DNA from: Deltaproteobacteria bacterium
Lineage (GTDB): Bacteria > Desulfobacterota > Syntrophobacteria > BM002
Length of the DNA: 55,762 bases
NCBI GenBank assembly: GCA_037384945.1
Contig: JARRNM010000019.1
Location: 1-55,762 of the forward strand
Direction of reading: 5' to 3'
How positions within the stretch are numbered: the first letter of the stretch is position 1; every line of letters begins with the position of its first letter. The notes under the pieces are model-generated. The model was not told the origin of the DNA and searched no databases. It was given only the letters and a program-made list of their open reading frames with translations. This document shows positions 10,679-21,792 of this stretch, piece by piece. The translations under genes and the position numbers were made by a program.

Positions 10679-11090
10679 TTTCTGTTCCTTCCTATACACG
10701 GCCGTCAGAATGTACTTCTACGCTTCGTTAACATTCTGGAGAGAAAAGAGAATTGAAAAGAGAGGAACGTGCTTTCTAATAGCAGGAGGATAACAAAGAA
10801 CCTAATTCTGTGTCAATAAACAAAAAATCAGCCGACATCCAAGCAAAAATAAAGAGCACCTTGAAAATACCTCCTTTGTCATGGTGGAATACCTGATGCA
10901 CCTTATTTACTTCCAGATTGGTCACGCCCATAGTAGATGAATGGGAATGTTTTTTGTATGAAAATCATCATCCGGGAATTTTCTCTGGTTCCCGTCTCTG
11001 CAAATATCCATGGCTTCTTAATGCTCCGTTATTGTCCCAAGGAGGAAGACTCCCGTCGACTTGGAGGATTTCATGGGAGAGGAGAGCAAA

Positions 11091-11408
11091 ATGAAACTAT
11101 CAACAGTCTCGATGTTTTCCTTGTTAGCCCTGTTGCTGGTCTGGTCTCCCGCCTGGGCAGCCGGAGATGCAGCCATGGGCAAATTTCTTTTTGATAACCC
11201 TGCCTTCGCCGGTGGCACCGCAGGGAAGTCCTGCAGTTCATGCCATCCTGACGGCAAGGGCGCAGCAAAGGCAGCCGACAAAAAAGACATCAGGAAGACG
11301 ATTAATTCATGCATTGTAAACGCTCTTCACGGCAAGGCAATTGATCCACAATCTTCGGAAATGGACGACATGGTCGCTTACTTGAAGTCTGTAAAAGAGA
11401 ACAAGTAA
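11091..11408 (+). CDS. Monoheme c-type cytochrome
   Basis: Sec-pathway signal peptide (AWA-A) and a CSSCH heme motif. The distal INSCI is reminiscent of Cys-ligated cytochromes. Confidence 0.88.
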   Translation: MKLSTVSMFSLLALLLVWSPAWAAGDAAMGKFLFDNPAFAGGTAGKSCSSCHPDGKGAAKAADKKDIRKTINSCIVNALHGKAIDPQSSEMDDMVAYLKSVKENK

Positions 11409-11589
11409 ACAGATCGGGTGAATCCCTGGATGGGGTACACTGTCTAGTACGTGGTACCTAGTGTCTAATGCATAGTGTCCAGTAAAACTAAAAGTAATCC
11501 CTGTCTAGGCTTAGAAGGTATCTAGATTCTGAAAGAAATCAATACCTAGTCTAGATAGAAGCTTGGCCAACAACAAACTAGATTTAGTC

Positions 11590-12291
11590 TTAGACAGTAC
11601 CTGAAAGGGATGCCATGATATCGGCAACCTCTTCCTCCCTTACATCAGACCATTTCAGGTAGGCCTCAGCCACGGCAAAGCTCAATCCGCCCCTGATATT
11701 AGCACAGTAGAGGGTATCCACCTCGCCAGCTATCCTTTCTATCGACGTCTCATGACCAGTGGGCACTGCCACATTTAGGCTACCTACACCTGTACTCTTC
11801 AGGGCTTCAATTGCCACACTCATGGTAAAACCGGAAGCGAGACCATCGTCTACCACTATGGCCTGCTGTCCAGAAAAATCTGTTAAGCTTCCTATGCCTC
11901 GAAGTGTTTTCACCCGGTTTTCAACTTTTCTCAAGGTCTTATCTATTCCCTGTTGAATCTGTTCTTTCGTAAGTCTCAAACGTGCCACCAGATTATCATT
12001 CAACCGCACAGTTCCATCATAGGCCACAGCCCCATAGCCCACCTCGGTATTCCACGGCAAAGTGATCTTGCTCACTACCGCTAGGCCCAGGGGAAGGTGC
12101 AATCGTTCCGCCATGACCTTTGCCACCGGCACTCCTCCCGCCGGTATGGCCATGATTGTAGCGTCGCCATCAGCAAATTCTGTCAGCATCCTGGCAAGTA
12201 TTTTACCCCCATGATCACGGTCCCGGAAAACAGCTATCCGGTCGCGGAGTTCAGGCAGGTCCACAACATTCCTGGCTAATGAAGCAACCAT
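11590..12291 (-). CDS. Type I phosphoribosyltransferase family protein
   Basis: FRDR..GG, IPAGGVPVA and the PRPP-binding loop IVVDDGLASGFT. Confidence 0.9.
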   Translation of the reverse strand: MVASLARNVVDLPELRDRIAVFRDRDHGGKILARMLTEFADGDATIMAIPAGGVPVAKVMAERLHLPLGLAVVSKITLPWNTEVGYGAVAYDGTVRLNDNLVARLRLTKEQIQQGIDKTLRKVENRVKTLRGIGSLTDFSGQQAIVVDDGLASGFTMSVAIEALKSTGVGSLNVAVPTGHETSIERIAGEVDTLYCANIRGGLSFAVAEAYLKWSDVREEEVADIMASLSGTV

Positions 12292-12350
12292 GTCTTTGTT
12301 TTTGCAGCCGAGTACGCTGGCCACCAGCGGGCAGTCTCAGTGATGGATGG

Positions 12351-12549
12351 TTAGCGTCCATCCGGAAACTCCCCAATGTCATTCTGAGCCCTTCGCCGAG
12401 ACCTGTCGACGAGCTCAGGTCGAGTCGCTCAGGACAAGCTCCGCGAAGAATCCCTGCGGCCGCGCTAACCATGAGATTCTTCGTCGTCCCGCTGTTAGTG
12501 GGACTCCTCAGAATGACATCCAGAAGCATGGTTCCCGGATGGACACTGG
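12351..12549. mobile_element. MITE/REP-like family A, copy 2
   Basis: Same TIR and inner palindrome; near-identical reverse complement of 42981-43185. Confidence 0.88.
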
Positions 12550-12697
12550 TTAATAGTTAGATTAATCTGTTGCCTATGTTTATACAAGGGGTGATTTAGT
12601 AACTACCTTGCATGAATAACTTACATGGGGTAGAAAGTATTTGGCCAAAACTTCAACACTTCAGTAAGCCGGCAATCTAAGCTAGAGAGGCAAGAGC

Positions 12698-13186
12698 ATG
12701 AATTCAAACAGAATCCCCATACCTATCCTTGAAGGTCACGACTGTTTCGCCTGTGGCACCAATAATCCCATTGGCTTGAAGCTAAATTTCTATCGACAGG
12801 ATAACTATATCTGCTCAGATGTTACTTTGACCCGGAACCACGTTGGTTGGCAAAATATGGCCCACGGAGGAATCATCTCAACCCTTCTGGATGAAGTTAT
12901 GTCTTGGACTGTAATCTACTTCAAGAAGTGTTTTTCCGTGACCCGGCGGATGGGGGTGCGATACTTGAGGCCCGTGCCGGTGGAAGTTCCTCTAACTGTC
13001 AAGGGTATGCTAACCTCAGATGAAGGACAGCGGAGGTGCCAGGCCCAGGCTCTGCTTCTAGATGACAAGGAGAACGTCCTGGCCAGGGGAGAAGCTGACT
13101 TTGCTATTTTGAGTGCAGACAGACTCAAGGACTTCCCGGAAAAGTTCAAGATGCAAATGATGGACCTCTTCAAGAGGTACGAATAG
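12698..13186 (+). CDS. PaaI-family (hot-dog) thioesterase
   Basis: CFACG..NPIGL and HGGIISTLLDEVM motifs. Confidence 0.9.
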   Translation: MNSNRIPIPILEGHDCFACGTNNPIGLKLNFYRQDNYICSDVTLTRNHVGWQNMAHGGIISTLLDEVMSWTVIYFKKCFSVTRRMGVRYLRPVPVEVPLTVKGMLTSDEGQRRCQAQALLLDDKENVLARGEADFAILSADRLKDFPEKFKMQMMDLFKRYE

Positions 13187-13188
13187 CC

Positions 13189-13809
13189 ATGATCGAAGAA
13201 CCGGTATTCTTTGAGTCAGCAGATATCAAGATCGAGGGGCTCCTTTGCTCGATGCCGGGAGACCGGGGTGTGGTAATTACCCACCCCCACCCACTTTATG
13301 GCGGGAACATGTACAACAATGTAGTGGAATCCCTGGTTCGCATCTATCAACTTGCCGGGTATACTACCTTAAGGTTCAATTTCCGCAGCGTCGGCTCTAG
13401 CGATGGAGAATACGATAATGGTGGGGGGGAGCGGGAAGACGTGAAGGCTGCCCTGCATTTTCTTAGAGAGAAAGGGAAAAAAGTCCTAGACCTGGCGGGG
13501 TATTCTTTCGGTTCTTGGGTGAATGCTCTGGCTATCTCCGAGGTGAACAATGTCGACCGGATGGTAATGATTTCACCACCGGTGGCCTTCATGGACTTTA
13601 ACTCCCTTGAGCTGACTCCACAAATCCAAGTTGTCGTCGCTGGTAATCAAGACCAGATAGCACCACCAGAATTGATCAAAAACCTGCTCCCTACCTGGAA
13701 TCCCGGAGCGCACCTGGAAGTAATCGATGGTGCCGATCACTTCTATATGGGATACACGGGAAAGCTTGAGTCTCTATTGACCGCCTATCTGAAAGATCAT
13801 GGGGCCTAG
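13189..13809 (+). CDS. Alpha/beta hydrolase
   Basis: HPHPLYGG, GYSFG nucleophile elbow, D and GADHF. Confidence 0.92.
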   Translation: MIEEPVFFESADIKIEGLLCSMPGDRGVVITHPHPLYGGNMYNNVVESLVRIYQLAGYTTLRFNFRSVGSSDGEYDNGGGEREDVKAALHFLREKGKKVLDLAGYSFGSWVNALAISEVNNVDRMVMISPPVAFMDFNSLELTPQIQVVVAGNQDQIAPPELIKNLLPTWNPGAHLEVIDGADHFYMGYTGKLESLLTAYLKDHGA

Positions 13810-13812
13810 AGG

Positions 13813-14001
13813 CTATTCAACCTCTTCTTCGGAAAAACTGATGGCCCCGTGGGGACAGACCGGAATGCACATGCCATCGAAATCACATTTGGCATCATCT
13901 ACCATGGCAGTGCCATCAACTAGGGAAATTGCCTCTCGAGGACAAACTTTGACGCATTCGCCCGAACCGCGGCACCTATCTCGATCTACAAGGATTTTCA
14001 T
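13813..14001 (-). CDS. Dicluster-type ferredoxin (62 aa) with non-Cys second ligands
   Basis: CRGSGECVKVCP and CDFDGMCIPVCP motifs; ATG at 14001. Confidence 0.85.
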   Translation of the reverse strand: MKILVDRDRCRGSGECVKVCPREAISLVDGTAMVDDAKCDFDGMCIPVCPHGAISFSEEEVE

Positions 14002-14085
14002 CTTCCGGCACCTGTATTTTGATCTGAGAAGAAAGAGTCTGTCTATCCTAATCAATAGCAATGGGAGGGTCAAGCTTGCCTGTTT

Positions 14086-14602
14086 CAGGAGTTTCCCCAA
14101 AAATATTTCAGAAACATCGGCCACGGGGAAGCTACTCCACAACGCGCATGATTCGCGCCATCAATTGGCAGGATTCCTGTTTAGTGAGCACCATATCTTC
14201 ATGCAGACCCTCGCAAGGCTGAGAGAGTGAAGATCGGTTGCTCAGATGCTCGTTGTTTCGCAGCTTCCCCTTTTGGCCTCTGCTGATGTCTCTTTTGAGT
14301 AACCTGCCCTGTTGAATCCCACCTTCGGTGGGTCCGCGTAGCGGAATTCAACAGGGCTGACGGGAGGTCCGTGTCACTTCCCCGGCTGTGGTTGGGGGGA
14401 GCCCCTGGCCCCGTTCCGCAGGAACGGGGAACAGGGACGGGGTGCCTTCCCCCGGCCACAGCTGGGCTAGAAGTGACCAGACCGTGAGCCCTGGAACGAC
14501 AGAAGAGACATCAGCTGGGCCACTTTCACTTCTGCACAAATGTAAACTCGCTACTGAACAGAGGTTACAAGAATGGTCCACTTATTTTTGGTAAAACTTC
14601 TG
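14086..14602. mobile_element. MITE family C, copy 1
   Basis: TIR CAGGAGTTTCCCCAAAAAT...ATTTTTGGTAAAACTTCTG; core of about 200 bp shared (inverted) with the copies at 26977 and 52600. Confidence 0.85.
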
Positions 14603-14728
14603 TGCCTGTTTGACTTGACAAAGGTTGAAACAGTTGTTCTATTGTCGATCGGAAGATATGCATAGATTAAATCTCCACAGGGTCAACAACAACATCCAAC
14701 TTCGCCGAAATCCAGGGAGGGACTGTCC

Positions 14729-15313
14729 ATGTTAAAAGAGTTCGAGAAATTAATCTATTTGTTAATCGTCTTGGTCATTTGTTGGAGCCTGTCACTTTCT
14801 CCGGCTCTGGCCGCAGAGGAACCCCCAGCCGTAGGAAGCACTTTGCCGCCAATCAAACTCTTGGTGCCTGACAATCCTCAGGCCAAGAAATACCTGGGGT
14901 TATCTGTGGGGAAGTATTTTACTATCCCGGATATTAAAGCAGAGGTGGTTATCATTGAAATCTTCAACATGTACTGACCATTTTGTCAGAGAGAAGCGTT
15001 CCGGGTGAACGAATTGTACCAGGCTATTGAAAAGCGGAAAGACCTTAAGGATAAAATGAAAATCATCGGTATTGGTACTGGCAACACTAATTTCGAGGTA
15101 GACTTTTTCCGCAAGAAATACGAGGTCCCCTTTCCCCTCTTTTCTGATGAGGGCTACACTATCCATAAGACAATGGGCGAGGTAAGGACCCCATATTTCA
15201 TTGGTGTGAGACTAAAGGGTGATGGGAGCACTGAGGTTTTCTATTCCAAGCTAGGAGGCTTCAGCGATCCAAAGGAGTTTCTAAATTCGATGGTCAAATT
15301 GTCCGGGATATAG
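14729..15313 (+). CDS. Selenocysteine-containing TlpA/redoxin (thioredoxin fold, UxxC)
   Basis: ORFs 14729-14977 and 15005-15313 are in frame across TGA 14975-14977, giving IIEIFNMY-U-PFC-QRE. A SECIS-like hairpin follows. Confidence 0.9.
14997..15011 (+). promoter_or_regulatory. Bacterial SECIS hairpin
   Basis: CGTTC-CGGGT-GAACG; the loop begins 25 nt after the UGA. Confidence 0.75.
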
Positions 15314-15328
15314 GCGGGAGGAAAAACC

Positions 15329-15949
15329 ATGACAACAACGAAACATTTTTCACTAAAATGGATGCTGGGATTATTGGTGATTTTTATCTGGGTTTCAGCA
15401 GCAAGCGGCCAATCTCCTGATTTCAAGGAAAATATCTATCCAGTGGGAAAACTGAAGCCCAGAGACAGCGTACTGAAAGTGAAGGTGGGTGAACTGGCTC
15501 CAGACTTTACTCTGCCGGCGGTCAGAGGAGGCAAAGTGACTTTGAGTCAGTATCGGGGCAAGAAAAATGTAGTGTTATCTTTCGTCCCAGCTGCCTGGAC
15601 GCCTGTCTGTTCGGGCCAGTGGCCGGGATACAATATAGCCCAGGAGTTCTTCGATCAAAATGACGCCATTCTCTTGGGCATAAGTGTGGATAACATTCCC
15701 ACCTTGTATGCTTGGACAAGGCAGATGTGCATGGGTGGTGGAAAGCTGTGGTTTCCCGTTCTTTCGGACTTTTGGCCCCATGGGGGGGTAGCTCAAAAGT
15801 ACGGGATCTTGCGCTCCGACGGAGTCAGCGAGAGAGCTCTTTTTGTCATCGACAAGAAGGGGATCATCCGCTATATAGACGTGCACGATATCAATGAGAG
15901 ACCGCGATTGGAGGTTTTAGTAGGGGAGTTAGAGAAATTGAACAAGTAA
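15329..15949 (+). CDS. Peroxiredoxin (AhpC/TSA, AhpE-like) with signal peptide
   Basis: APDFTL, PAAWTPVC, LSDFWPHG and SERALFVIDKKG motifs. Confidence 0.92.
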   Translation: MTTTKHFSLKWMLGLLVIFIWVSAASGQSPDFKENIYPVGKLKPRDSVLKVKVGELAPDFTLPAVRGGKVTLSQYRGKKNVVLSFVPAAWTPVCSGQWPGYNIAQEFFDQNDAILLGISVDNIPTLYAWTRQMCMGGGKLWFPVLSDFWPHGGVAQKYGILRSDGVSERALFVIDKKGIIRYIDVHDINERPRLEVLVGELEKLNK

Positions 15950-15951
15950 TG

Positions 15952-16052
15952 ACGATTTTAGATTGCTGATTGCAGAATGTAGATTGTAGATGCCGGAGTC
16001 TTGCATCTGCAATATAGGTCAATCTGAAATCTCAAATCATAAATCTGCAATC
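15952..16052. repeat. Self-complementary heptamer array (AGATTGY arm / RCAATCT arm)
   Basis: gattttagattgctgattgcagaatgtagattgtagat ... aatctgaaatctcaaatcataaatctgcaatc, between convergent genes. Confidence 0.7.
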
Positions 16053-16073
16053 GCCAGAGCTTCAGCGATGGCT

Positions 16074-16958
16074 TCAGATTCCCCAAAGGCGAGGAGCCTT
16101 GCGCTGATAACCCTCCTTTTCCGCCAGCAGGTCAAGATGGGCTGTGACCACATCATCCACCGCCAAGGCTTTGGGATCACCACCTTTTCGGGTATCTACC
16201 ACTTTTAAATAACCCTTACACTGTTCGCAGACCTGCACCGTGTATAGGTCATCACCTTCAGCGAAGAAGTAACGAAGATCTGCTTGTTTGTCCGTACCGC
16301 AAAACGGACAACTCAAGCGGAGCAAATTCCAAAGGTGCCCACAGAATGAACAGAGCCCTACCCTCTTTCCCTCCTCACCAATTAGGGCAGCAATTGCCGG
16401 TAATCCTCCGCAGATGGGGCAGTAGCCGTATCGCCACCTATCCAAATCAGTGGCCCTCGTCAAACTGGCGACAGTGACCAGCAAGGAAGGCTGTATACTG
16501 AGTTTCGTCAAAGTTTGAACAACTGGTAACGATATCTCTAAATCCTCGGCACATCTCTCCATGGTCTCAGCATTGTTCTGCAGCACCGCCGCGCTCAGCT
16601 CCGCAGCTTCAAGTTTACCAGAGTCCATTGCCTCGAGGAGTGCCTTACCGGCTGAAGCCAGAACTGGATTCTCCTCCTTGGAGAGTTGGCAAAGCCTTCG
16701 AAATAGACTCTCTGAAGAGTCTTTGTCCACGGAGAAATTAGCCGAGTCGATCAGAGGAAAGCCCTCCTCGATCTTCACTTCGATTTGTTCTGCCGACAGG
16801 TCAATCTCCGGTATTGGTGTTTCTTCTTGCGCTTCATGCTGGGCGGTCAAAACTTTGTCGTAAAAAGCTGCAATTTCCTCAAGGCCCTTTCTGTCCTTCC
16901 TGCATTGCCCGAGCCTGTTTTTCATCCGCTGATAGAAATCATCCAATTCTGCAAACAT
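16074..16958 (-). CDS. fdhE: Formate dehydrogenase accessory protein FdhE
   Basis: CPICG, CSFC, CPFCG and CEQCKGYLK motifs; lies downstream of fdhAB. Confidence 0.93.
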   Translation of the reverse strand: MFAELDDFYQRMKNRLGQCRKDRKGLEEIAAFYDKVLTAQHEAQEETPIPEIDLSAEQIEVKIEEGFPLIDSANFSVDKDSSESLFRRLCQLSKEENPVLASAGKALLEAMDSGKLEAAELSAAVLQNNAETMERCAEDLEISLPVVQTLTKLSIQPSLLVTVASLTRATDLDRWRYGYCPICGGLPAIAALIGEEGKRVGLCSFCGHLWNLLRLSCPFCGTDKQADLRYFFAEGDDLYTVQVCEQCKGYLKVVDTRKGGDPKALAVDDVVTAHLDLLAEKEGYQRKAPRLWGI

Positions 16959-17187
16959 CAAATTAGTCTCCTTGTAACTGATCAAAAACTGCTTTCCTCT
17001 GATACCTTTCGCCAGGATCCAGATCCCGTAGCACCAGACGGTTTTGATAGTTAATTATTCTCAGATTGCATTTTAACCACGGAGAGCACAGAGAGGGCAA
17101 AGTGATTGTGGTCGCCAGCATGTGCACATTTGTCTCTGAGCCCTCTGTGGCTAGATCACTGTTGGTCATCAGTCTGCAAATTAACAC

Positions 17188-17218
17188 AAAAAAGGGAGGG
17201 ACTAAAGTCCCTCCCCTT
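17188..17218 (-). terminator. Rho-independent terminator after fdhB
   Basis: GGGAGGGAC-TTTA-GTCCCTCCC followed by TTTTTT on the minus strand. Confidence 0.8.
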
Positions 17219-17256
17219 GCCTGGGCGATCTTGATTAGATCGCATGGTTTCTCTTA

Positions 17257-18000
17257 CTACTTGGTCATACCTGTAATCAGGCCAGCGGCAGGCCGGAAGA
17301 GTTTACGCAAAGCCAGCTTACGACTGATGCCAACATCATTCTGCGCCACCGCAAATTTGTAGTAGATCATAGGATCGTCCACCACAAGAAAAATCGTGCG
17401 GATAGAACTGGCATCCAGAAGTTGTGCTTTCTTGTAACCCTTCTTCTTGAGTTCTTCCACCCTGGTATTGGCCATATCCACCATTATGTCCCGATCGCCG
17501 AAGTTCATGGTACCGGTGGGACACACCTTGACACAGGCGGGAAGCAGGCCGTTTTGAACCCGGTCAATGCACATGGTGCACTTGGAAACCAGGCCCGTGG
17601 CGGCGTTCCGCCGGGGAATGTTATACGGGCATGACTGCCGCACTTCCTCGAAGGCGTCAAAACTGAGTTCTCGGGTTTTTGCCGTATAGATCACGGCGCC
17701 ACTGGGTTCATCAATAATGATCGCTCCCTGAACATATCCTTCAGCCGTATCCTTGCACGGTGGTTCCAGGCAGTGGCGGCACTGGTCCGGGAAAAAATAC
17801 CAGTGCAGCTTACCCCCTGACATCACCTCCCGAAACCGTACCAGCTTGAAGGTACTGAAGGACAGATCCGCTGGATTCTGGAAGCTCCCCCAGTTAAAGG
17901 TCTTGGTGGCCGGAAGCTGGTTCCACTGCTTACAGGCAACCTGGCAACCCCGGCAGGCCGTGCACTTGGTGGTGTCGATGAAAAAAGTTTTGCCAGCCAT
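17257..18000 (-). CDS. fdhB: Formate dehydrogenase beta (4Fe-4S) subunit
   Basis: CTACRGCQVACK, CRHCLEPPC, CPY and CTMC...PACVKVCPTG motifs. Confidence 0.93.
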   Translation of the reverse strand: MAGKTFFIDTTKCTACRGCQVACKQWNQLPATKTFNWGSFQNPADLSFSTFKLVRFREVMSGGKLHWYFFPDQCRHCLEPPCKDTAEGYVQGAIIIDEPSGAVIYTAKTRELSFDAFEEVRQSCPYNIPRRNAATGLVSKCTMCIDRVQNGLLPACVKVCPTGTMNFGDRDIMVDMANTRVEELKKKGYKKAQLLDASSIRTIFLVVDDPMIYYKFAVAQNDVGISRKLALRKLFRPAAGLITGMTK

Positions 18001-18017
18001 GTAGATCACACCTCCTT

Positions 18018-21000
18018 TTAGGCCTTACGCACATTCACCATGAAGGCCTTGGTTTCCGGAATCACGGTGTTGGGATCACCCACAGAGGGCGTGAGCAGGT
18101 TGGAGCTGTCACCGCCATTCTTGGGAGTGAACCAACCGAAGCACCACGGCATACCAACCTGATGTACTGTGGTACCGGCGACCTTGAATGGCCTGAACCG
18201 CTTGGTCACAATGGCCACCGCCCATACTTTGCCCCGCGCGGATTCCACAATCACCTTTTCCCCGTTCTTGATACCCCTGAGTTCTGCCAACTCTTCGCTC
18301 ATCTCACAGAACATCTGGGGCATGGCCTCAAGCAGCCAGGGCTGGTTGCGGGTCATGCAACCGGTCTGCCAGTGCACCGTCACCCGGTAGGTGCTGGCGA
18401 CTATGGGGTAGCGAGGATCGCAGGTAGCCCGAAAGTCGGCAGCGCCCTCGAATACCTGGACGATCGGATTGATGAACTGGCTGCTCATGGGGTTGTTGGG
18501 AATGGGGCATTCCAAAGGCTCGTAATGCTCAGGGAAGGGGCCGTCCTTGAGACCCGGCCCGAACACATGGGCATGGCCCTCGGGCTTCATGATGAAGGGG
18601 TATTTGGTTTTCGGGTTCAGCTTGCCGTCTGCAGTGAGCATGGGTGGCCAGCCGCCATCCGGCACATCGCCCACCCATTTTTCACCGTTCCAGCTAATCA
18701 CCGGCCGCTTCGCATTCCACGGGTTACCGTAGCGATCCACCGAAGCCCGGTTATAGATGATCCTCCGGTTCACCGGCCAGCACCAGGACCACCCGGAGTA
18801 GAGGCCGATGCCGGATTTATCAACGGTGTTGCGGCGAGCGCCCATATTGCCTTTCTCGGTGTAGCTATTACAATAGAGCCAGTTTGCCGATGAAGTAGTG
18901 CCGTCGGCCTGCAGAAAGGCGAAACTAGGAACAAGACTCCCCGCCTTGTACGTTTTACCCTTGATGGTTACGTCCTTTTGGAAATAGCCGTTGATCTCTT
19001 TGGCCATCTTGTGGGAATCAAACTTGCCGTTGGTGGTGTAGTCCCACTTGAGGTTCTTGATGGGCTCGGGAAAGGCACCGGGCTCTTTTTGATAGAGCTC
19101 ACGAATTTTCGTAAAGAGCTCCATCATCATGTCACCGTCTGGACGAGCATCCCCCGGCGGCTCCGCCGCCTTGTAGCGCCACTGCATCCAGCGGCCGCTG
19201 TTGGTGATGGAACCTTCTTTTTCCATGGAGGCGGCGCAGGGCAGAAAGAAGACCTCGGTCTTGATAGTCTTCGGATCCACGCCCGGACCTCTCCAGAACG
19301 AACCGGTTTCGTTATCGAAGAGATTGACGTTTACCATCCAGTCAAGCTTGCCAAGTGCTTCTCGGTTCTTCCCCGCATTGGCACCGGAGCAAGCCGGATT
19401 TTGGCCCCAGGCAAAGAACCCGGTGAAATCACCGTTGTACATGGCATCAAAGAGGTACAGCCAGGAGTAGTTCTTGCCATTATCCGCCTTCGGCAGCCAC
19501 TGGTAGCCGAACTCGTTCCAAGGCTGGGCCGCGTCACCGAACATGGACTTGAGGAAGCTTACCGAGTACTTCGGATAGTTGCCCCACCAGTTGGCGCTCA
19601 GGGGATCGTGGGTTACAGGAGTGTACTTCTTGTTGTAGACCTCCAGGCTAGTATCAGAGGCCCTGGGTGTTTTCAGGTATCCGGGCCAGATGTGCCAGAG
19701 CAAACAGTGGTCCGTTGAACCCTGGACGTTGGATTCACCCCTCAGGGCGTTGACGCCCCCGCCCGCCATGCCGATGTTGCCCAGCAGCAGCTGGATAATG
19801 GACATGGTCCTAATGTTCTGAACGCCGACGGTGTGCTGGGTCCATCCCATGGCGTACATGATGGTACCAACTCTGTCCGGCGTGCCCGTGGATCCATACA
19901 TCTCGTAGACCTTGCGCAGGTCCTCTTTGGGGGTGCCGGTTATCTCGGAGACCTTGTCGTAGGTGTAGCGGGAGAAATGCTTCTTCAACTGCTGGAACAC
20001 ACAGCGGGGATTCTTCAGGCTGTGGTCCCTCTTGGGGATCCCTTCGCTGTCCACCTCAAAGGCCCAATAAGACTTGTCGTAAGTCCTCGTCTTCGGGTTA
20101 TAGCCGGAAAAAAGCCCGTCGCTGAAACCGTACTTCGGGCCCAGAATAAAACTGGCGTTGGTATAGTAAGCCAGATACTCTTCGTGGTAAAGCTTCTGTT
20201 CAATGATGTAGTTGATCATTCCGCCCAGGAAAGCGATGTCGGTCCCTGAACGCAAGGCAGTATAGAAATCGGCCTTGGAGGAGGTCCTGGTAAAGCGGGG
20301 ATCAACACTAATAAGGGTAGCTCCCTTCTCCTTCGCCTTATTGATCCACTTGAAGGAGATGGGGTGGTTGTCGGCAGCGTTGCTTCCCATGACCAGAACG
20401 CAATCGCTGTTACCGATATCATTCCAATGGTTGGTCATCGCGCCGCGTCCGAACGACTCTGCCAGAGCCGCAACTGTGGCGCTGTGTCAGATACGGGCCT
20501 GATGCTCGATGTAAACCAGACCAAGGGCCCTCATCATGGCCTGCAACGGCCAGCACTCCTCATTGTCCAAGGCAGCGCTTCCAACCGAAGCTATGCCGTT
20601 GGTGCGGTTAACCACCTGGCCCTTATCGTTTTTGGCGGTAAAGCTGGCATCACGGCTGCCTTTCACCCGTTTGGCAATCTCGGTCAAGGCCACATCCCAG
20701 GAGATCTCCTTCCAGCGATCGCTGTATGGAGCTCGGTAGAGCGGCGTGGTCACCCGCTTGTCGTTGATGGCCAGCTGATAAAGAGCTGCTCCCTTGGCAC
20801 AGAGCGTTCCCTGGTTGATGGGATGATCTGGATCACCCTCAGTGTTGATCACCTTGCCCGATCCATCTCTGGCGGTGTGGACAATGATCCCACAGCCGAC
20901 GGCGCAGTAGGGGCAAATAGTGGTTGTTTCCTTGGCCCAGCGGATTCTAAGCTCCTGGGCGTAGGCCGTCACCGGCGCCAGGTTAAAACCCAACCCACCG

Positions 21001-21062
21001 AGTGCAAGGCCACCTACTGCGGCACCAGAGATTTTCATGAAATCTCTTCTTGTGATCTGCAT
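18018..21062 (-). CDS. fdhA: Formate dehydrogenase alpha subunit, selenocysteine-containing, Tat-exported (FdnG type)
   Basis: TRRDFMK Tat motif and CPYCAVGC. The in-frame TGA at 20487-20489 gives EHQARI-U-HSATV...GAMTNHW. LRGESNVQG is present. Confidence 0.95.
20453..20471 (-). promoter_or_regulatory. SECIS hairpin of fdhA
   Basis: GCGGCTC-TGGCA-GAGTCGT starting 16 nt after the UGA; loop GG at +24/+25. Confidence 0.75.
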
Positions 21063-21792
21063 GGGTCTAATTAGCCCTCCTTTCACGAAATATCGGTGCT
21101 CTTCGATCATGTTTCAGCCTGGTTCTATGCACCTCCCTTCCTTGTTTAGAGGCTCACGACCCGCCTCTATCAGATTTGAGTTACTCACGAACCTTTAACA
21201 AGTTACTGAACACCAGTCGCCGGAATATTTTCTCCGGGGCCTATCAAGCGGTTTAATCCTTTTGCCCTTAGTGGTGATAACGCTCCTGCAAAAATGAACA
21301 ATTTAGTCTTGCTGATAAGACGTTACGAGAAACCAGAGGTGATGAAATGTAGGCTTTACCTCACGATTGTTGAAGGATCTCAGCATCTCTCAAATAGGAT
21401 AAGAAAGCGAAATACTTGAAAAGCTTTGCTATATTTTTCACACCATAACACATTAGAAAAGGCTGTCAAGAACAATCAGTTATGTCAATTATGACATAAT
21501 TGTTTCACTGTATGTATTACACTGAACTAACAATCTTCAACTATACAAATGGCATCGCCACAATTGTTGTTTTAGTAAACTACTAGAAATCAGCTTCCCG
21601 AATAACCATCGGGAACAACAACCAGAAGGAGAAATTAATTTCCCAATAGGGATTAGGAAATGCCAGGTCGGGATGATTTTAATATCGATTTCAAAACGAA
21701 AAATTACTGAAAGAGACTCAAGAAGGGAAAGCATTAGAATTGCATCAGCAGGGACTCCGACTCCATGAAGTGGACACCTAGCTCGGGCCCGA

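Noticed and set aside
18376-18378. FdhA RVTVHWQ instead of the usual RVTEHWQ
   Set aside because: A single substitution whose significance cannot be judged without an alignment; the other catalytic motifs are intact.
18162-21074. Long plus-strand ORFs antisense to fdhA, and similar shadow ORFs elsewhere
   Set aside because: They are antisense shadows of GC3-rich genes and carry no motifs.
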